From Octopus sinensis (taxonomy: Eukaryota), in the NCBI RefSeq assembly GCF_006345805.1, contig NC_043005.1, positions 23,932,001 to 23,996,000 of the forward strand: DNA of 64,000 bases. Direction: 5' to 3'. Below the pieces are notes generated by a model. That model saw nothing but the letters and a program-made list of their open reading frames with translations, did no database searches and was not told the DNA's origin. The translations under genes were made by a program, and so were the position numbers. Positions 37,930 to 52,656 of this stretch are shown here, one piece after another. How positions within the stretch are numbered: position 1 is the stretch's first letter; the number at the start of each line of letters is the position of its first letter.

Positions 37930-38880
37930 GGTCAAACGAGACAAATCTTCCCGAGCAAGCTCCTGGGAAAATGCTGTCCCTAAAAGGCTGTAGTCTATAG
38001 AGCCACCCTCATACCATCCGATGGCATTACAAGACGCTACAAGGGCATGACAACCAGTGATTTTAAGGAGAAGTTTAGTCAGCATATACACCCCTTCAGT
38101 TGCTGTGATGGGGAAAATTCTACCAGCTTCATTTGGAGAATCTGCAACCATAGGAAGTAATTTCCTAATATCAAACAGAAATCTCATTGACAGGGACTCC
38201 TTACTCACCTAGAAACGTAATTGTCAACTCTATCTTCGCGAGAGACAAGACGTACTCCACCAACCTGCAGTATCCATCAATAGGAAAAATGCAATGTTTT
38301 ACTGTTAACACTAGAGGTACACCCTGTTAATGAACTTCAACTCGTTGGCAGCTGACAATCTAGATATTCCACCCTCGGCTTATTCGCACCACACACAGGG
38401 GCAGGGTACTTTCATTCGTGCCTCCCATATAAACAGCAGCCCTACCCATGTTGATTATCTGGCCTCAATTCTAATCTAACACCTTCAAATCCAGTTACTT
38501 TCACTTAAAGAATGCTGCTGCTAATATGTTTAATACACCTCTGAACGATGACTGAACCACTAATCTGCGACAACACCCCACCCTACCATGTGTGATATCA
38601 AAAACAATGAACTGATATCACTGAATACACTATGTTATATAGCTCGCCGTCAAAGTGGTTTCTGCTCCTTGCGAACATCCTGTCCAAGAACGTGGGTATA
38701 AGAATAAAGAAAGGGTCTCGTGTCGCATCAACAGAGGCTTAACATCTAGAATCCAGCTTGAATCTGTCTCAGATCCTTTACTCTCCTCCGAATATGTGAT
38801 GAGTTGGGTACGTCCTACGAGCCCACGAAACCTCAAGACATATGGAACTGAGTTAAGGTGTTATTAAAACATGTTAATTT
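37930..38880 (-). mobile_element. Highly decayed Penelope-like RT fragment
   Basis: VYMLTKL...GCHALVASCN resembles PLE FYxLPKxHK..P.RPIVS; upstream RPDNQHG*AAVYM resembles KPADKGxAVVVM. Confidence 0.4.
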
Positions 38881-39764
38881 CTTTCGTTTGTTTTCTCATT
38901 CGTCTACTCAAAAATGAGTTTCACACTGATTCTCCCCGCGAGTTACATTAAGAGTACTCGTGTTTTGTGTGGTGCTCAAATACTTGCACGTTAATTTCAC
39001 GAACAGGCTGTTACGTTAATCGTATCAACTGGAACCTTCGTTATATATATATAATATATTTATATACATTGTTGTGTCTGGGGAGAGTCATTTTCTTTTT
39101 GTGCCATTATATTTAACACACTCACTGGTAAAATTTCCACTTTTTTTCTTATTTTTATTTTCCTCAAAACTTTCGTTGCGTCTTGCAACCTTTTCAATAA
39201 TTTTGACTCTGTCCGTTATTTACACTGCGTTCACTTTTCTTTGTTTGTGCGCATGTGTGTGGGTCAGTGTGTGTGTGTGTGCCTATACATGCATGAATGT
39301 ACGTATGTATGTATGTGTGTGTTTGCATGTGTATGTATGTATATTTATGTGTGTATGCATATGTATATATGTATGTATGTGTGTGCATCTGTATGTACGT
39401 ATCCTGCATATTTATGTGCTTGCATGTCCGTGTTTGTGTATTTCCTATGTATATGTGTGTGAGCATGTGTTTGTATATGTATGCACCTCTGTCTCCTTGT
39501 GTATGCATGTCTGTGTGTGTGTTCTATGCAACTATGTACCATGTTTGTATATATGGATGTGCATCTTTATATGTGTGGATCCGTGTCTCCATATGAGTCT
39601 GTTCTTATAGCCTATGTAACTATCCGTCTGTATGTTGATCTGCTTATTTTCATATTTATATGCTTACATACAGAAATAAAAAAAGGTGCATATACACGCA
39701 CACTCACACCTCCCCCACACATACATACATTTATCTACCTAACAGTCCACTAACTATTCTACTC

Positions 39765-40028
39765 TACCTGTGTACCATGAATATGACGTACATAGAGGAG
39801 ACATCTAGGAGCATTGCGGAACGGATAAATGAACATCTGAGACAATATGACGACAGAAAACAGTTTTCTATGCTCTACCAACATGCCAAAGACCATCATG
39901 GAGGTAACTTGGGTCAACTTGACATCCGCATTTTATCCAAGCACCCAAAAGACCCAACATTCAGACAAATACGGGAGTACGTCCTTATAAATGAAACCTC
40001 CCCAATACTAAATAGGAAATATACATAG
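39765..40028 (+). mobile_element. Penelope-like GIY-YIG endonuclease fragment
   Basis: TYIEETSRSIAERINEHL...LYQHAKDHH...ILSKH...RQIREYVLINETSPILNR. Confidence 0.8.
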
Positions 40029-40121
40029 TAAATACCATACCTCCCTACCCACAGTTCACAATAGAATATGCTTCAACACACGAACTCATATAAAGAATCT
40101 TGCAAACCAAATCCAAAAACG

Positions 40122-40154
<33 letters not shown>

Positions 40155-40157
<3 letters not shown>

Positions 40158-41052
40158 GAGGTCTGATCAATAGGTATCCGGACTGTTGCCATAGTAACAG
40201 GACTAAAGCATGCAGAGTGAAGCTGCTTACCACAGATTGACCTTGAACTCTACTGTGCATGCGCATTAAATTTTAACTTTCTAACTTACTTTCGCTGTTT
40301 ACAGCAGTGCTTGGAAGGAAGGTGTGTATCGTGTGACCATCGCATTGACCATGAATGAGAAAGTTGTTATGGCAAAACCTGCTCACAGGCTCACGCAAAG
40401 TTGCAGAAAGTTTATAGAGATGAGTGTATGACCCGCACACAAGTCTACGAGAAAGCCAGATGTTTCCAAGATGGCCTAAAAACATGTTGATATTGACAAA
40501 TGTTCTGGGAGACCTGCAACCAGCAGAACAGAGAAACACATAGCAGATGTACGTGCAGCTGTGAGAGGAAATCTTCGAATCACCCTCCGTGTGTTATCAG
40601 AGGATGTGCAGATTAGTTACGGTTCAGTTCAGTCCATTATCCCTGAAAATTTGGGTAGGTGACACGTGCCTGCCAAGTTTGTTCCAAAACTGCTTTCAGC
40701 TGACCAAAAAGACATTTGGGTTTCAACTTCACAAGGTCTCCTTGATTGTATCGAGAACGATAAAAACTATGAAAACTTTGTATAGGCTTCTGAGCAAGTA
40801 TCGCCAAGCTTTAGGCAAAATTTAATGCAGATTCTCTGCTCAACTTCCTCTGTTTTGGTCAGTGCGACGATAACCCGCTACACACCTTCCTTCCAAGTAC
40901 TGCTGTAAACAGCGGAAGTGAGTTAAAACGTTAAAACCTAGTACGCATGCACAACCGAGTTCAAGATCAATCTGTACTAAGTGGCTTTACCCTGTGTGGT
41001 TTAGCTTCGTTACTATGACAACACTCCGGATACTTATTGATCATATCACACA
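40155..41052 (+). mobile_element. Internally deleted mariner derivative with ~200-bp inverted arms
   Basis: TIR TACGAGGTCTGATCAATAGGTATCCGGA and ...TCCGGATACTTATTGATCA; 40280-40345 inverted to 40860-40925; N-terminal fragment ...VPAKFVPKLLSADQK. Confidence 0.8.
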
Positions 41053-41353
41053 TATATATATATATATGTATAAAACCTTATATCGTGAAGTGAAATACTG
41101 CCACTGAGGGCTTCCTGGTCGAAACACTATATTTGCCATATTTTAAGCTAATAAAGCAACAAGACGGTTTGTTAACAACGTTGGAAGAGGTTGACGTTTG
41201 AATGAGAACGCTTGAAAAATGGCGTAATAAATTAATATTTCGACCAGGAAACTTTGGCAAGCTGCATTTGACAAGTCTTTGGTTTTTATTTTGATATCTT
41301 TACTCTCTTAGCTGATCGAATATCACTTGATGAAACCTTACCATACAATCATA

Positions 41354-41354
41354 A

Positions 41355-41433
<79 letters not shown>

Positions 41434-41448
41434 AATAGAGAGAAAGAG

Positions 41449-41480
<32 letters not shown>
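41354..41480. repeat. (GATA)n plus (GA)n microsatellite
   Basis: Direct reading. Confidence 0.95.
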
Positions 41481-41483
<3 letters not shown>

Positions 41484-42298
41484 ATTGTGAAATTTGAAGG
41501 AAAGTATTAAGTAAGCGTTGCAGACATTGATTGGGTTGAACCAAGCATTTATCGCCATGCAATTCACATACTACAACACGTACCGGTCGAATTAATTATA
41601 TTCTCGTTTATTTTCAGAACAAATACATTTTTTTTTCAATAAAAATGGCAGCCTATAATAGAAAGAGGTACAGACATTTCTTTTGATAACTCGTCATCGC
41701 TATCCATGAAAGATGTCAGCAAATGTATATTGAAAAAATAATAGCTGTCTGAATATCTTAATAAGTATATGTGTTGTAGACATGAAAATATCGTCGCCAT
41801 ACATCTTATCTTGCAATTTTAATACTTCAAATCCTAAAGCACAGAATGTACATTGTTAACGATCTAATCACTATTTATACATTATCCACTCAGCCGGTCT
41901 TTTCAAATATATTTTCATCATCTATACAAATACTGCAACATATAAAACAAGTTAGCAATTACTTAACAACTTCTGAAAAACTAAGCTTGCTGTGCTGATA
42001 TGGAAACAGGCATAACCTCATCCGATACACATATCTCATGGAACATCAGATTAAAGATTTTATTCTTTTAAGTGAACAGCTTGTTTCGACATAGATTCAG
42101 CGAACACAATGGAATGCTGTCAAAGTGTACGTATAAGAATAAAAAGAAAATAATGATTTTATACATATTCTTTTTTTTTTTTTACCGTGTTTTGTCCTTT
42201 GACTGAAACCATTGTCTGCACGGGTTTTAGTTAATCATACCAACCCCGCATAACGTCTGCACGTGGTGGCCATTGATGCACTATCTTCTGCTTTTTCA

Positions 42299-42526
42299 AG
42301 GCGGCGAGTTGGCAGAATCGTTAGCACTCCGGGCGAAATGCTGCAGTATTTCGTCTGCCGCTACTTCTGTGTTCAAATTCTGCCGAGGTCGACTTTGCCT
42401 TTCATCCTTTCGGGGTCGATAAATTAAGTACCAGTTACGCACTGGGGTCGATGTATCGACTTAATTCTTTCGTCTGTCCTTGTTGTCTTCTCTGTGTTTA
42501 GCCCCTTGTGGGTATAAAAAGAAATA
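42299..42526 (+). mobile_element. tRNA-type SINE, family B
   Basis: GGCGGCGAGTTGGCAGAATCGTTAGC...GTTCAAATTC...GAGGTCGACTTTGCCTTTCATCCTTTCGGGGTCGATAAATTAAGTACCAG; other copies ~25010-25150(-), ~44965-45110, 61602-61818(-). Confidence 0.85.
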
Positions 42527-42594
42527 TCTTCTGCTTTTTCCCACATCGCCAACAAATTAATATATATATATATATTATATATTATATATATAAT

Positions 42595-42638
<44 letters not shown>

Positions 42639-42780
42639 ATATATATAATGTTGTGCGAAAGTGAGACACCCCCTGGCGAAATTGGACTGGACCACTACAT
42701 ATAAATAATAGCGGTCTGAGTAAGTGAGGTGGTGCATGCAATCGTAGTGTTAGGCCCTGTGTAGCCAATAAAAAGAAGAA

Positions 42781-43355
42781 CGAGTGCATGCAATTGTAGA
42801 GTGTCCTAGTCTTTCGGACCTGTGGGTTTCTACCGAACGGGTAGTGTCACATTTATAGAGGGTACAGCTGTCAGCCAAGTCGGTTATTAAGATCGTTCCT
42901 CCGTCTCCTCTAAAAGGAGAAGAGGAACTCTGCTTTCTAGCCGTAGTAACTATAGCGAAAGAGGTGATATGGAAGACGCGTGGAAGAGGTATCGCATCAG
43001 GCACCCTCGTCTCCGGGCGTGTTTTAGTTAAGCTCTTTTCATATCACCTAAGAGGGAAAGCACGTCTGGAGAAGAAATGCTTGATGCCAAAAAAAGTACG
43101 GAAAAAGATGGAAGAAAGTAACCCGAATGTTGGGTATGTAAGTGCCTAATTAAGCGAAGAAAAGGACGAAGTAAACGGTTCAACAGAAATGTGGTTGGTG
43201 GGGTCAAACCCGTTGCGCGTCCATTCATTCTTTCATCTTCATCAGAAATTATATTGTATTTGTTCATATATGTAATCTCATTTGATAGGTTTCCGACCCC
43301 TATTTCTACAGTGTATTGTCCCCTCTTTGTGTATCCCTTGTTGCTTCAATAAAAA
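42781..43355 (+). mobile_element. L1/Tx1-clade LINE 3' fragment
   Basis: HAIVECPSLSDLW...KEVIWKTR...FSYHLRGKARLEKKCL...RW, homologous to ORF 53736-54539; ends at AATAAA. Confidence 0.8.
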
Positions 43356-44262
43356 TCATCGTGGTAGTTCCACAGCTCGTGTGTTGACAGTCCAAATTTG
43401 AAGTTTAAAGTTTACAGTTCGAGTTAGCGTGTTGGATTGTTGATTCTTAAAAGATTGTTGTTACGTTCCATGTGGTTACTGCCGTTTGTTTCGACTATAT
43501 TATTACACTATTGCAGTGTATTCGTTTATCCATAAGGATATAGCAATATATATAACAAATATCCAGTGTACGCAATTTAAGAAGTCTTAAAAAAGATAGC
43601 CATCTATGTTTCATATTTAATGTGCATACACCATTGTTAGGCAAGAGACTGCGGTTTTCGTTCGAGATAAAAAATCTCTCTTAGACGTGCTGTGTTACAA
43701 ACGCAATATATATCCGAGGGAGAAGAAAAATCGTTCCAGCAGCGGAAAACGAGGATGCCAGGTGCAGTTTGACCTTGGTTGGTCATGTCAATTAATGATG
43801 TGTACTGACAGCCACATGCTTAGTCGAAACATGATTCGATATTAAAAACAGGGGATAATACATTCACTAATATTGCGAATATTAGTGTACGCCACTGAAA
43901 TTTTGAATTAAAATAACTATCTAAGTATCATACTTAACGTATATACATCGTTAACAGGTGTATATGTTTCTTTCTTTTCTTGTCCTTTTTTTCTGGCCCC
44001 TTTCATTGTTCTCCGAATGCCAGTATGACAAAAATTCATTCCCTTTCTCGCAAGTAGTTGAGGGAGGTGATACGGGCAGATGAAATGTTCTTCTGTCAGT
44101 GTCTGTTCTCAAATGTTTATTATTAAGCGTATTGTTTCTTTTTGACTACATTAGCGTTTTGTCTTTTTTTTAATCAATCGTATATTTCTTATGTTTTATT
44201 TATTAGCTTTCAATTTACATGTTTTATCTATTTATATTTATATATGTTTAATTTTCGTCTTA

Positions 44263-44666
44263 TACTCTTTTACTTGTTTTAGTCATTTGACTGCGGCCAT
44301 GCTGGAGCACCGCCTTTAATCGAGCAACTCGACCCCGGGACTTATTCTTTTGTAAGCCCAGTACTTATTCTATCGGTCTCTTTTGCCGAACCGCTAAGTA
44401 ACATGGACATAAACACACCAGCATCGGTTGTCAAGCAATGCTAGGGGGACAAACACAGACACACAAACACACGCACGCATATATATATATATACATATAT
44501 AGGACGGGCGTCTTTCAGTTTCCGTCTACCAAATCCACTCACAAGGCTTTGGTCGGCCCGAGGCTATATTTGAAGACACTTGCCCAAGGTGCCACGCAGT
44601 GGGACTGAAACCGGAACCATGTGGTTGGTAAACAAGCTACTTACCACACAGCCACTCCTGCGCCTA
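44263..44666 (-). mobile_element. tRNA-type SINE, family A, full length
   Basis: Reverse complement of the family A sequence. Confidence 0.88.
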
Positions 44667-45541
44667 TACGTTAATGTTTATGAGTTAAACATTTATGATG
44701 TGTATTCCGGATACAAATATGTTGATGTTGATTAGAATATATTGTTCAACACTGCTTAACACCATCAGAAATAGTGATTCCGCATTAGGGTGTCGAAATC
44801 ACAATGATATCCCATAGGCAGTGGAGATTCAAGTTTCCCAACGATGTTATACAAGGCGACAGAGTGTTTAACTATTATTCATCTCTGATCGAATAGATAT
44901 AGGATCATCGGTATTCTAACCAGCCCACCACCCTACTATTAATAGCAATGTTCGAAACGCTGCTAAAAGTCGGCCAGCTGGCAGAATTGTTACCGCGGCG
45001 GGCAAAATGTTTTGCAGCGTTTCGTGCGTTCTGAGTTCAAATTCTACCGAGGTCGATTATTTTTGCCTTTCATCATTTCGTGCTCGATAAAATAAATAAT
45101 CGACTTCACCACCACACCCATGCCCCTAGTTCATACTGTCTATCATTTAGTCATATTGTACCTCTGAAGATATTAACGAATGTATTCTTCCTTCTTTCAG
45201 GCGATAGCGTGTAACTTGAAAAAGTATAGGCTTGATGATATCAAGTAATTACGTATAATAATTGTCAATATACATACATTAATTTATAGGATCCTCTGAC
45301 TGTGTTTGATTTGGTGAATGAGATAGTTGGACACGCCATCCGCATTTGCGTTTCTTCCCGTGATGCATGGTCATCTGGTATTTCGGACAAAGATTTAAGT
45401 GCGCTAAATAAAGAATTATCCAAAATTCTGGCATCCTCCTTTTTCTTAACATAAAATATCTGCACATCACTTCAAACACACACACACACACACACACATA
45501 CACACACACACTCACACACACACACATACACACACATACAC

Positions 45542-45598
<57 letters not shown>

Positions 45599-45610
45599 AA
45601 TATATATATA

Positions 45611-46773
45611 TACAGGAGTTGGACAAAATAATGGAAAGACCTTAAAATTTCCTACAAATGTATTTTAATATGGGGTAAAACCACCTCTAGCAATAAATAC
45701 AACGTGAATCCTACGAGGTATGGACTCGTACAAAGTATGAAATGTTTCCAAAGGATTTTTCCCATTCTTCAGCTAAAACAGTCTTCAGTTCTTGTAGTGA
45801 TGATGGTGGAAGATATCGACTCCTTACTTGTTTTTCTAAAATGTACCATAAATGTTCAATAATATTGAGATGTGGTGGCCAGATAAGATGTTCAACTTCA
45901 CGAGAATGTTCCTCGTGCTATTCGGTAACAACTTTAGCTGTGTGAATTAGTGCATTATCATTCTGAAAGATTGCGGCCCCCCTCCCCCGGAAACACTTCC
46001 GAAACAATAGGATGAATTTGATTAAATAAAATGCTTAACTCGTCTTGACTATTAATTCTGCTATGAAAGGAAACCATTGGGCCTGCGGATTTCCAAGATA
46101 TAGCCCCTCAAATCATCATACATCCTCCCCCCTGATTAACAGTTGGAAGAAGGCAGTTTTGGCTGTCTCCACACGTATACTCGGCCGGTAAAGGATGACC
46201 CGTCAGTGTTTTAGAAAGTAGTGGTTTTCTGATTGCAGCCCTCCCGTGAAATCCGGCTTTGTGCTGCTCCCGGTGAACAGTTTTTGTGGAAACTGGGTTC
46301 TCGAGGTGGTCATTAAGCTCTGCAGTAATTTTGGGGGCTGTACTTTTGTGATCCTTTCTAACAATTCACGTAAGAATCCGACGGTCCCTATCTGAAAGTT
46401 TTGGTTTTCTTCGGAGTTTTGTTCCAACGAGGAGGTTTTTCCCTGTTTCTCAAAGGCTGTCATTACTTTCGAGACAGTACTTCTTGATACACCAAACATT
46501 TCGGCTGTTCCCGTTATGCCAGCGCCTGTCATACAATCACCAACAACTTGACCTCTTTGAAAGTCCGATAGATCTGTCATTTTAATGTATTTTAATTGCC
46601 TTTTTCTGACGATATCTAAAAAAAAACCCAGCAATTTTAGCAAAACAAATTAAGTAACTCTAATAATAAATCGAAAAGCATAAAAATAAACAAGCTTTTG
46701 ATGGTTTTATAGATATCTCAAAATTATGATGCTATGATGCTAGGTGTTTCCATTATTTTGTCCAACCCCTGTA
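45611..46773 (-). mobile_element. Tc1-like transposon, internally deleted
   Basis: TIRs TACAGG(A/G)GTTGGACAAAATAATGGAAA with TA duplication; MTDLSDFQRGQVVG...GVSRSTVSKVM... Confidence 0.92.
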
Positions 46774-46793
46774 TATATACATATATATATATT

Positions 46794-46843
<50 letters not shown>

Positions 46844-47529
46844 CACACACACATATATATATATACACATACACACACACATATATATATACATACATAC
46901 ACACAAACACACATATATGCGTATATATATACGCATATATATATGATAAGTTACTATATATATATATATGTTCGTCTTTTAATGAGAGTAATTTTAAAAG
47001 ATTTCTAAGATTATTTCTTCATACTTTACTTTAAAATTTACTAGTATAAATGTGTGTAGATATGAAACGTTATACAAAAGTGTTAAGCATATGATTTAAT
47101 TAGTTAAACAGTGTTCAACAAGTTTGTTCATATTTACGTAAATGGACGAGGTTAGATGTTAACACAGACATGTTTAAATGCACACGACCCCAATAACAGT
47201 AACACATTACAAAATGATTAATAATACAATACTTATGTAATTTCTAAGGTCTTTTTAGATTTTTCAGCTACCGAAGAGCACTTTATAACAACTCAGATTC
47301 TTAAATATGAATTTATGGTCATTATGTATAAATAATTGCATAGCTACAGGAATTTTAAAAAAATGATCATCCATATTAACATCTAATCTCTGCCATTTGC
47401 GGAAATATGAACAAACTTGTTGAACTTTGTTTTATAAGTTAAATTATAAACTTAATACTTCTATATATACATATATATATAATTTATGTATATAATTTAT
47501 ATATAATTTATATATATATCTATATAAAT

Positions 47530-47597
<68 letters not shown>

Positions 47598-48307
47598 GTT
47601 TATTATACGCGCGTTCGCACACATATCCATATCTCATATATATGGGGAAAGAGTAGTGTCCCTTTATCTGTATATATAAAACGCAGGATGTGTGTGTGTA
47701 CGTGAATGTAGTTTATGCACGTCCACAAATTAGCACGCATGTCACTCCAATTTTAAGGGGACATTCGTCATCATCCTACCTGGGTTTTGTGAACTTATTT
47801 TCTCCCGAGGCAAGCGCGGATAGCGGTAAAAATTTATTTTAACCATAACGTTTACCAATTTTGAAGTTTGCTAAAATGAGTTACGTCCCTTCTTGCTATA
47901 GCCAAGTGAAAGTGCGTGTGTGTGAGGGAGAGAGAGAAGTTGTGTGTTGATGTATGTGTGTGTGTGGGGGGGGAGAGAATGTTTGACAGCGTCGAACAAA
48001 AAAAGGTAAAGACAAAGTGTGTGCGTGTGAGTGAGAGAGAGAGAGAGAATGACAGCGTTCATCAAAAATAAAAATGTAAAATGTTTTGTTTTTTTCTTAA
48101 ACATGAGATATAGTCTTCATCATTGACTTATATGAACATTTAAGCTAGTAAACATTGAAACTTTTAAACATGCATTTCTAATTCATAATTTAAAATTTTT
48201 ACCATTGATAAACAAAGAATATTGTTGAAACTAGTTTGGTATACATTAAATAATTTATTTTAAAACAATTACAAGCTTTTCAATTTAGGTGCACTTTCAA
48301 CAACAAA

Positions 48308-48391
<84 letters not shown>

Positions 48392-48744
48392 GAGGGCATT
48401 ATACATACATGCCAGAGGGCATTATACATCATGCCACACGCTAAGAGGGACAAATAGTCATTTCTACCCAAATATTACTAATCCCACCGAATGCAATTTT
48501 TCAAAGTAAACATTTAAAAATATAGACCTGTATCACAGTGATTTCATACTTACGTATTCAGCAGTCTGGATGTATCATACATAAACGACCCTGCCTCGCT
48601 TAAGCCGATCAGCTAACTGATCAACATCAACGAAGCACATGGGTGAGTTTACATATATTACATCCGGTAAATGTCAGACTTTTACGAATTGCATTTCGGG
48701 AAAGGATAAGTTTTTTTCGGAATAAAAATTTAGCAATTAATTGC

Positions 48745-48929
<185 letters not shown>

Positions 48930-48933
48930 ATAT

Positions 48934-49236
48934 TGGAGGCGCAATGGTCCAGTGGTTAGGACAGCGGACTCGCGGTTGTAGGATCGCGGTTTCGATACCC
49001 AGACCGGGCGTTGTGAGTGTTTATTGAGCGAAAACACCTAAAGCTCCACGAGGCTTCGGCAGGGGTTGTTGGCGAACCCTGCTGTGCTCTCTCGCCGCAA
49101 CTTTCTCCCACTCTTTCTTCTGTTGGCCTGCTCGATTAGCCAGCGGGGTGGCGTCATTTGAAGGCTAAAACAATGCGAAGCGCATTGTGACCAGGGATGT
49201 GTACCAACATCTGATAGCCTGGTAGGTCACGGTGAT
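48934..49236 (+). mobile_element. tRNA-type SINE, family C
   Basis: GGAGGCGCAATGGTCCAGTGGTTAGG (A box)...GGTTTCGATACCC (B box)...tail GTCACGGTGATA. Confidence 0.8.
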
Positions 49237-49254
49237 ATATATATATATATATGT

Positions 49255-49746
49255 ATAGTAATTCCTCGACTATAGCGGGCGTTACGTTCCAAAACTCCAT
49301 ACGATTGGTGAAAATTCGCGAAGTAGAAACAGTACTGTAGTGTATATATATTTGTAATAATTCTTATAATTTGTATTTTATTATAAATGCAAAACAATAC
49401 CATATACTCGCCTCCCGTGTTTCGTTTTCCATACACAGTGTACGATCCTTTTTCTACTCATCTACGGTACACTACGTATTTTCTTTTAATATATTTTAAT
49501 TTATGTGTTATACAGTGCAGAACTGTACTGTATTTATACTTGGCAATTTATTAATTTTTAGGCGTGAAAATGCTTATTTTACCACAGTAATAATTGATAT
49601 CTAAAAAAACTATAAATACCAATCGACCGGAGAAACATGTGATATACTGTGGATTCCGTGGTATAAGTTTACATATATTAGCCAAAAAAATCCGTGATGT
49701 ACTGAGTGCGTGATAGGTGAACCGCGATATGGCGAGTGATTACTAT
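49255..49746. mobile_element. Tigger/pogo-type MITE
   Basis: Imperfect TIRs ATAGTAATTCCTCGACTATAGCGG and CCGCGATATGGCGAGTGATTACTAT; no ORF. Confidence 0.75.
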
Positions 49747-50561
49747 GTGTGTGTGTGTGTGTGCGTGTGTGTGTATGGGTATGAGTGGGCGTGTATCTGT
49801 GTTTGTGTTTGTCCTGCACCACCATTAGTCAACCGTTGTTGGTGTTTTGTAGAGACTATAACTAAACGGTTCGGCAAAAAGAGACCGATAGAAGAATAAG
49901 TACAAATCTTAGAAAATAAATACTGGAACCGATTCGTTCGACAACAATACTTCAGTGCAATGCCCCAGCATGGCCACATTCTAATGACTGAAACAATTAA
50001 AAACATTACCCACATTCCAGCACAAAAGAACGAACGAATATATTTGGCAATCAATAGATTTGAACGAAGGTTGCCTGCTTCATTGAGCAGGGAGTTTACC
50101 TAGAACTCAACGCTGCAAACATGTACCACATTGATTTTTATTGCATTTCGATTATTCTATAGACTACAATGGAGAAAATTCTTTTGGGAATCGAGGATTG
50201 AATTTATGTTTTAATTTAATAACATCACGTTTATGGAATTTTGCATTTAGTCTTTGGGGGATATTTCTCTTGTAGGCAAATGGAAATGTTTTCCGAGAGT
50301 TCGAATGAAATTATGTAACATGTCAAGAATTTAAAATTGTTATTATTTGAATATTTGCTGTTCAGTAGCTGCGACAATATGTTAACGGAACAATATCATA
50401 AAGAACCGGGAATATTTTCTTAAATGTAATTCTTAGAGGATTTTACTTAATTCTCACAGTCTTTGGACTTTTACTAAATTCTGAATCAAATGATTTTAGC
50501 TGAGAAAGAGCAATTATATATATATATGCATCTGTATGAATATATATATGCATGTGTATGA

Positions 50562-50612
<51 letters not shown>

Positions 50613-51769
50613 AATATATGTACGTGTGTGTGTGTATCTGAACATGTTTATAAATATGAATAAATATTCTGTATGTATATGCATATGTGTGGGTGTGTGT
50701 TTGGACGTGTAATTTCTAAATCATCTCTTGAGAGAAACGGATAGGAAATACTTTAAATTATTTTAGGTCAATGCATTTCCATATCAGAAAGTGATTACAG
50801 ACATTTATTAGAAATAAGTGGATTAGTTAGAATCAGTAGAGCATCGGATTAAATGAGTTTTTGTTTTATTTCTATCATTTTACTTCCTGGGTTCAAATCA
50901 TACCGAAGTCACATGCATCTTTCGTTCAACTTTTGAGAATCGATTAAATGTGAAAACTATCCTGGCTAAAACAGCATCACTGCATCTGAGATATTCTGCG
51001 CTTCATATGCCAATGTTAACGGTTAATTTCATGAAGAAGCCTTATTTTAAAAATATACCTGTACGCGCTAATCACTAAATCCTAGTTAATAGATTTAAAG
51101 TACATAAGACTGAGATTAAAACAGTTTGTGGCTTGCTCGAATACAACTGCATACCCCTTATATTTAAAATCTTTAAAATATTTTTCATTGATTTATCAAC
51201 GATGTCAGAGGCAAAGATTTTATCTTCATTTACATAAATGACATTCTCATAGCTCGAATCATTCCCGGGGAACAGGAGAAACACATTGGAAAATCCCTCT
51301 AATTGTTAGATACCAACAATATCGTAATCTATTGTAGCTAATATGAGTAAGGATTTGCGCAGTTAAACTCCTTCGTATATATGTACAAAAAAGCATCAAA
51401 TTTCAGAAGAATAAATGCCATCAGAAAATTCCCTTCTTCTCCCCCAAAACATTTCTATAATGGGAATTCTCCGGGATAATTGACTTTTACAGAAAATTTG
51501 TAGAGTGTGCCTCTTATAATTGTCATAATAACGAGCCCAAAGAAAACCGATATCAAGATAAAACTGCATCAGTCTTGACTACTAGGAAAGAAAGATTACC
51601 CGAATTTCGAATTTATAGTACCACAATTAACACTGACGTTATATTTAAGGCAGTAAAAGAGATTTTGAAGCATGTAACTTCAGCTCACAAACTACAACTC
51701 AATGTTTTGTTAAAAGGAGCTGATTTGTAAAGAAATTCGACACAACACATTTGACTCAACACTATACTT

Positions 51770-52200
51770 TATCTCGCGCAGACGAGAGTGAAAGGAATTG
51801 CAAGAGGCACGTTCATCTCCAGTCTCGAGCTAATCGACTTGTTCGTTTTCCACATGAAACGGAAAATAGGGGCGGAGAAGAAATGCCTGTCGCAAAGTGT
51901 GTTTCGTAAAAGATGGAAGTCTATAGCAAGTATGCTGCGAGTGAAAGAACCTGTTTAAACGAGAATATAAAAAGGAGAAAGCAAAGTCTTCAGTGTTAGT
52001 ATGTGTTTTGTGGGGTCGACCGTGTCCTCTGCTTCATTTTTTGTAAATCACCCATTCTCATTTAATTGTATATATTTTAATTGTTTGTTTATTCATGTTT
52101 CTTCTCATTCGATACCCTGACCCCAATGTTTGTTTTGTCTCTCCTCGTATCGTCCCCTCTTTTTCTCTATCTTATGGTTAATAAAGAAATTCTTTCTCTA
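51770..52200 (+). mobile_element. L1/Tx1-clade LINE extreme 3' fragment
   Basis: RVKGIARGTFIS...FHMKRKIGAEKKCLSQSVFRKRW; AATAAAG end. Confidence 0.7.
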
Positions 52201-52463
52201 TCTCACCCCATACACACACACACAAACACACACAGATAAACACACAAACACACACACACACACACACATGGAATAATTGTGGAACACGATTGACACTAAC
52301 ATAGACCTGATGATTGCGCAACAATGCAAGTACTAGTATATTTCAATATTGTAAATTTATAAAAAATTGTAAATAAAACGGGCAAATCAGACTAATTTGG
52401 AATTTCATTGATTAATATATTCTTCTATACACAATCATACAAACACGGATATCTATCTATCTG

Positions 52464-52584
<121 letters not shown>

Positions 52585-52656
52585 ATGTCTGTCTGTCTGT
52601 CTGTCTGTCTGTATGTCTGTCTGTCTACTGACCTATCTATCAACCTACCTACCTAC

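Noticed and set aside
41100-41260. CTGAGGG...GGTCGAAAC and a short inverted copy
   Set aside because: Does not meet the hammerhead core or stem requirements
45201-45244. Possible micro-exon AIACNLKKYRLDDI (TTTCAG| ... |GTAATT)
   Set aside because: Weak donor and no supporting homology
47665-48240. Possible Helitron starting A|TCTGTATATATAAAACGCAG
   Set aside because: No convincing 3' hairpin-CTRR terminus found
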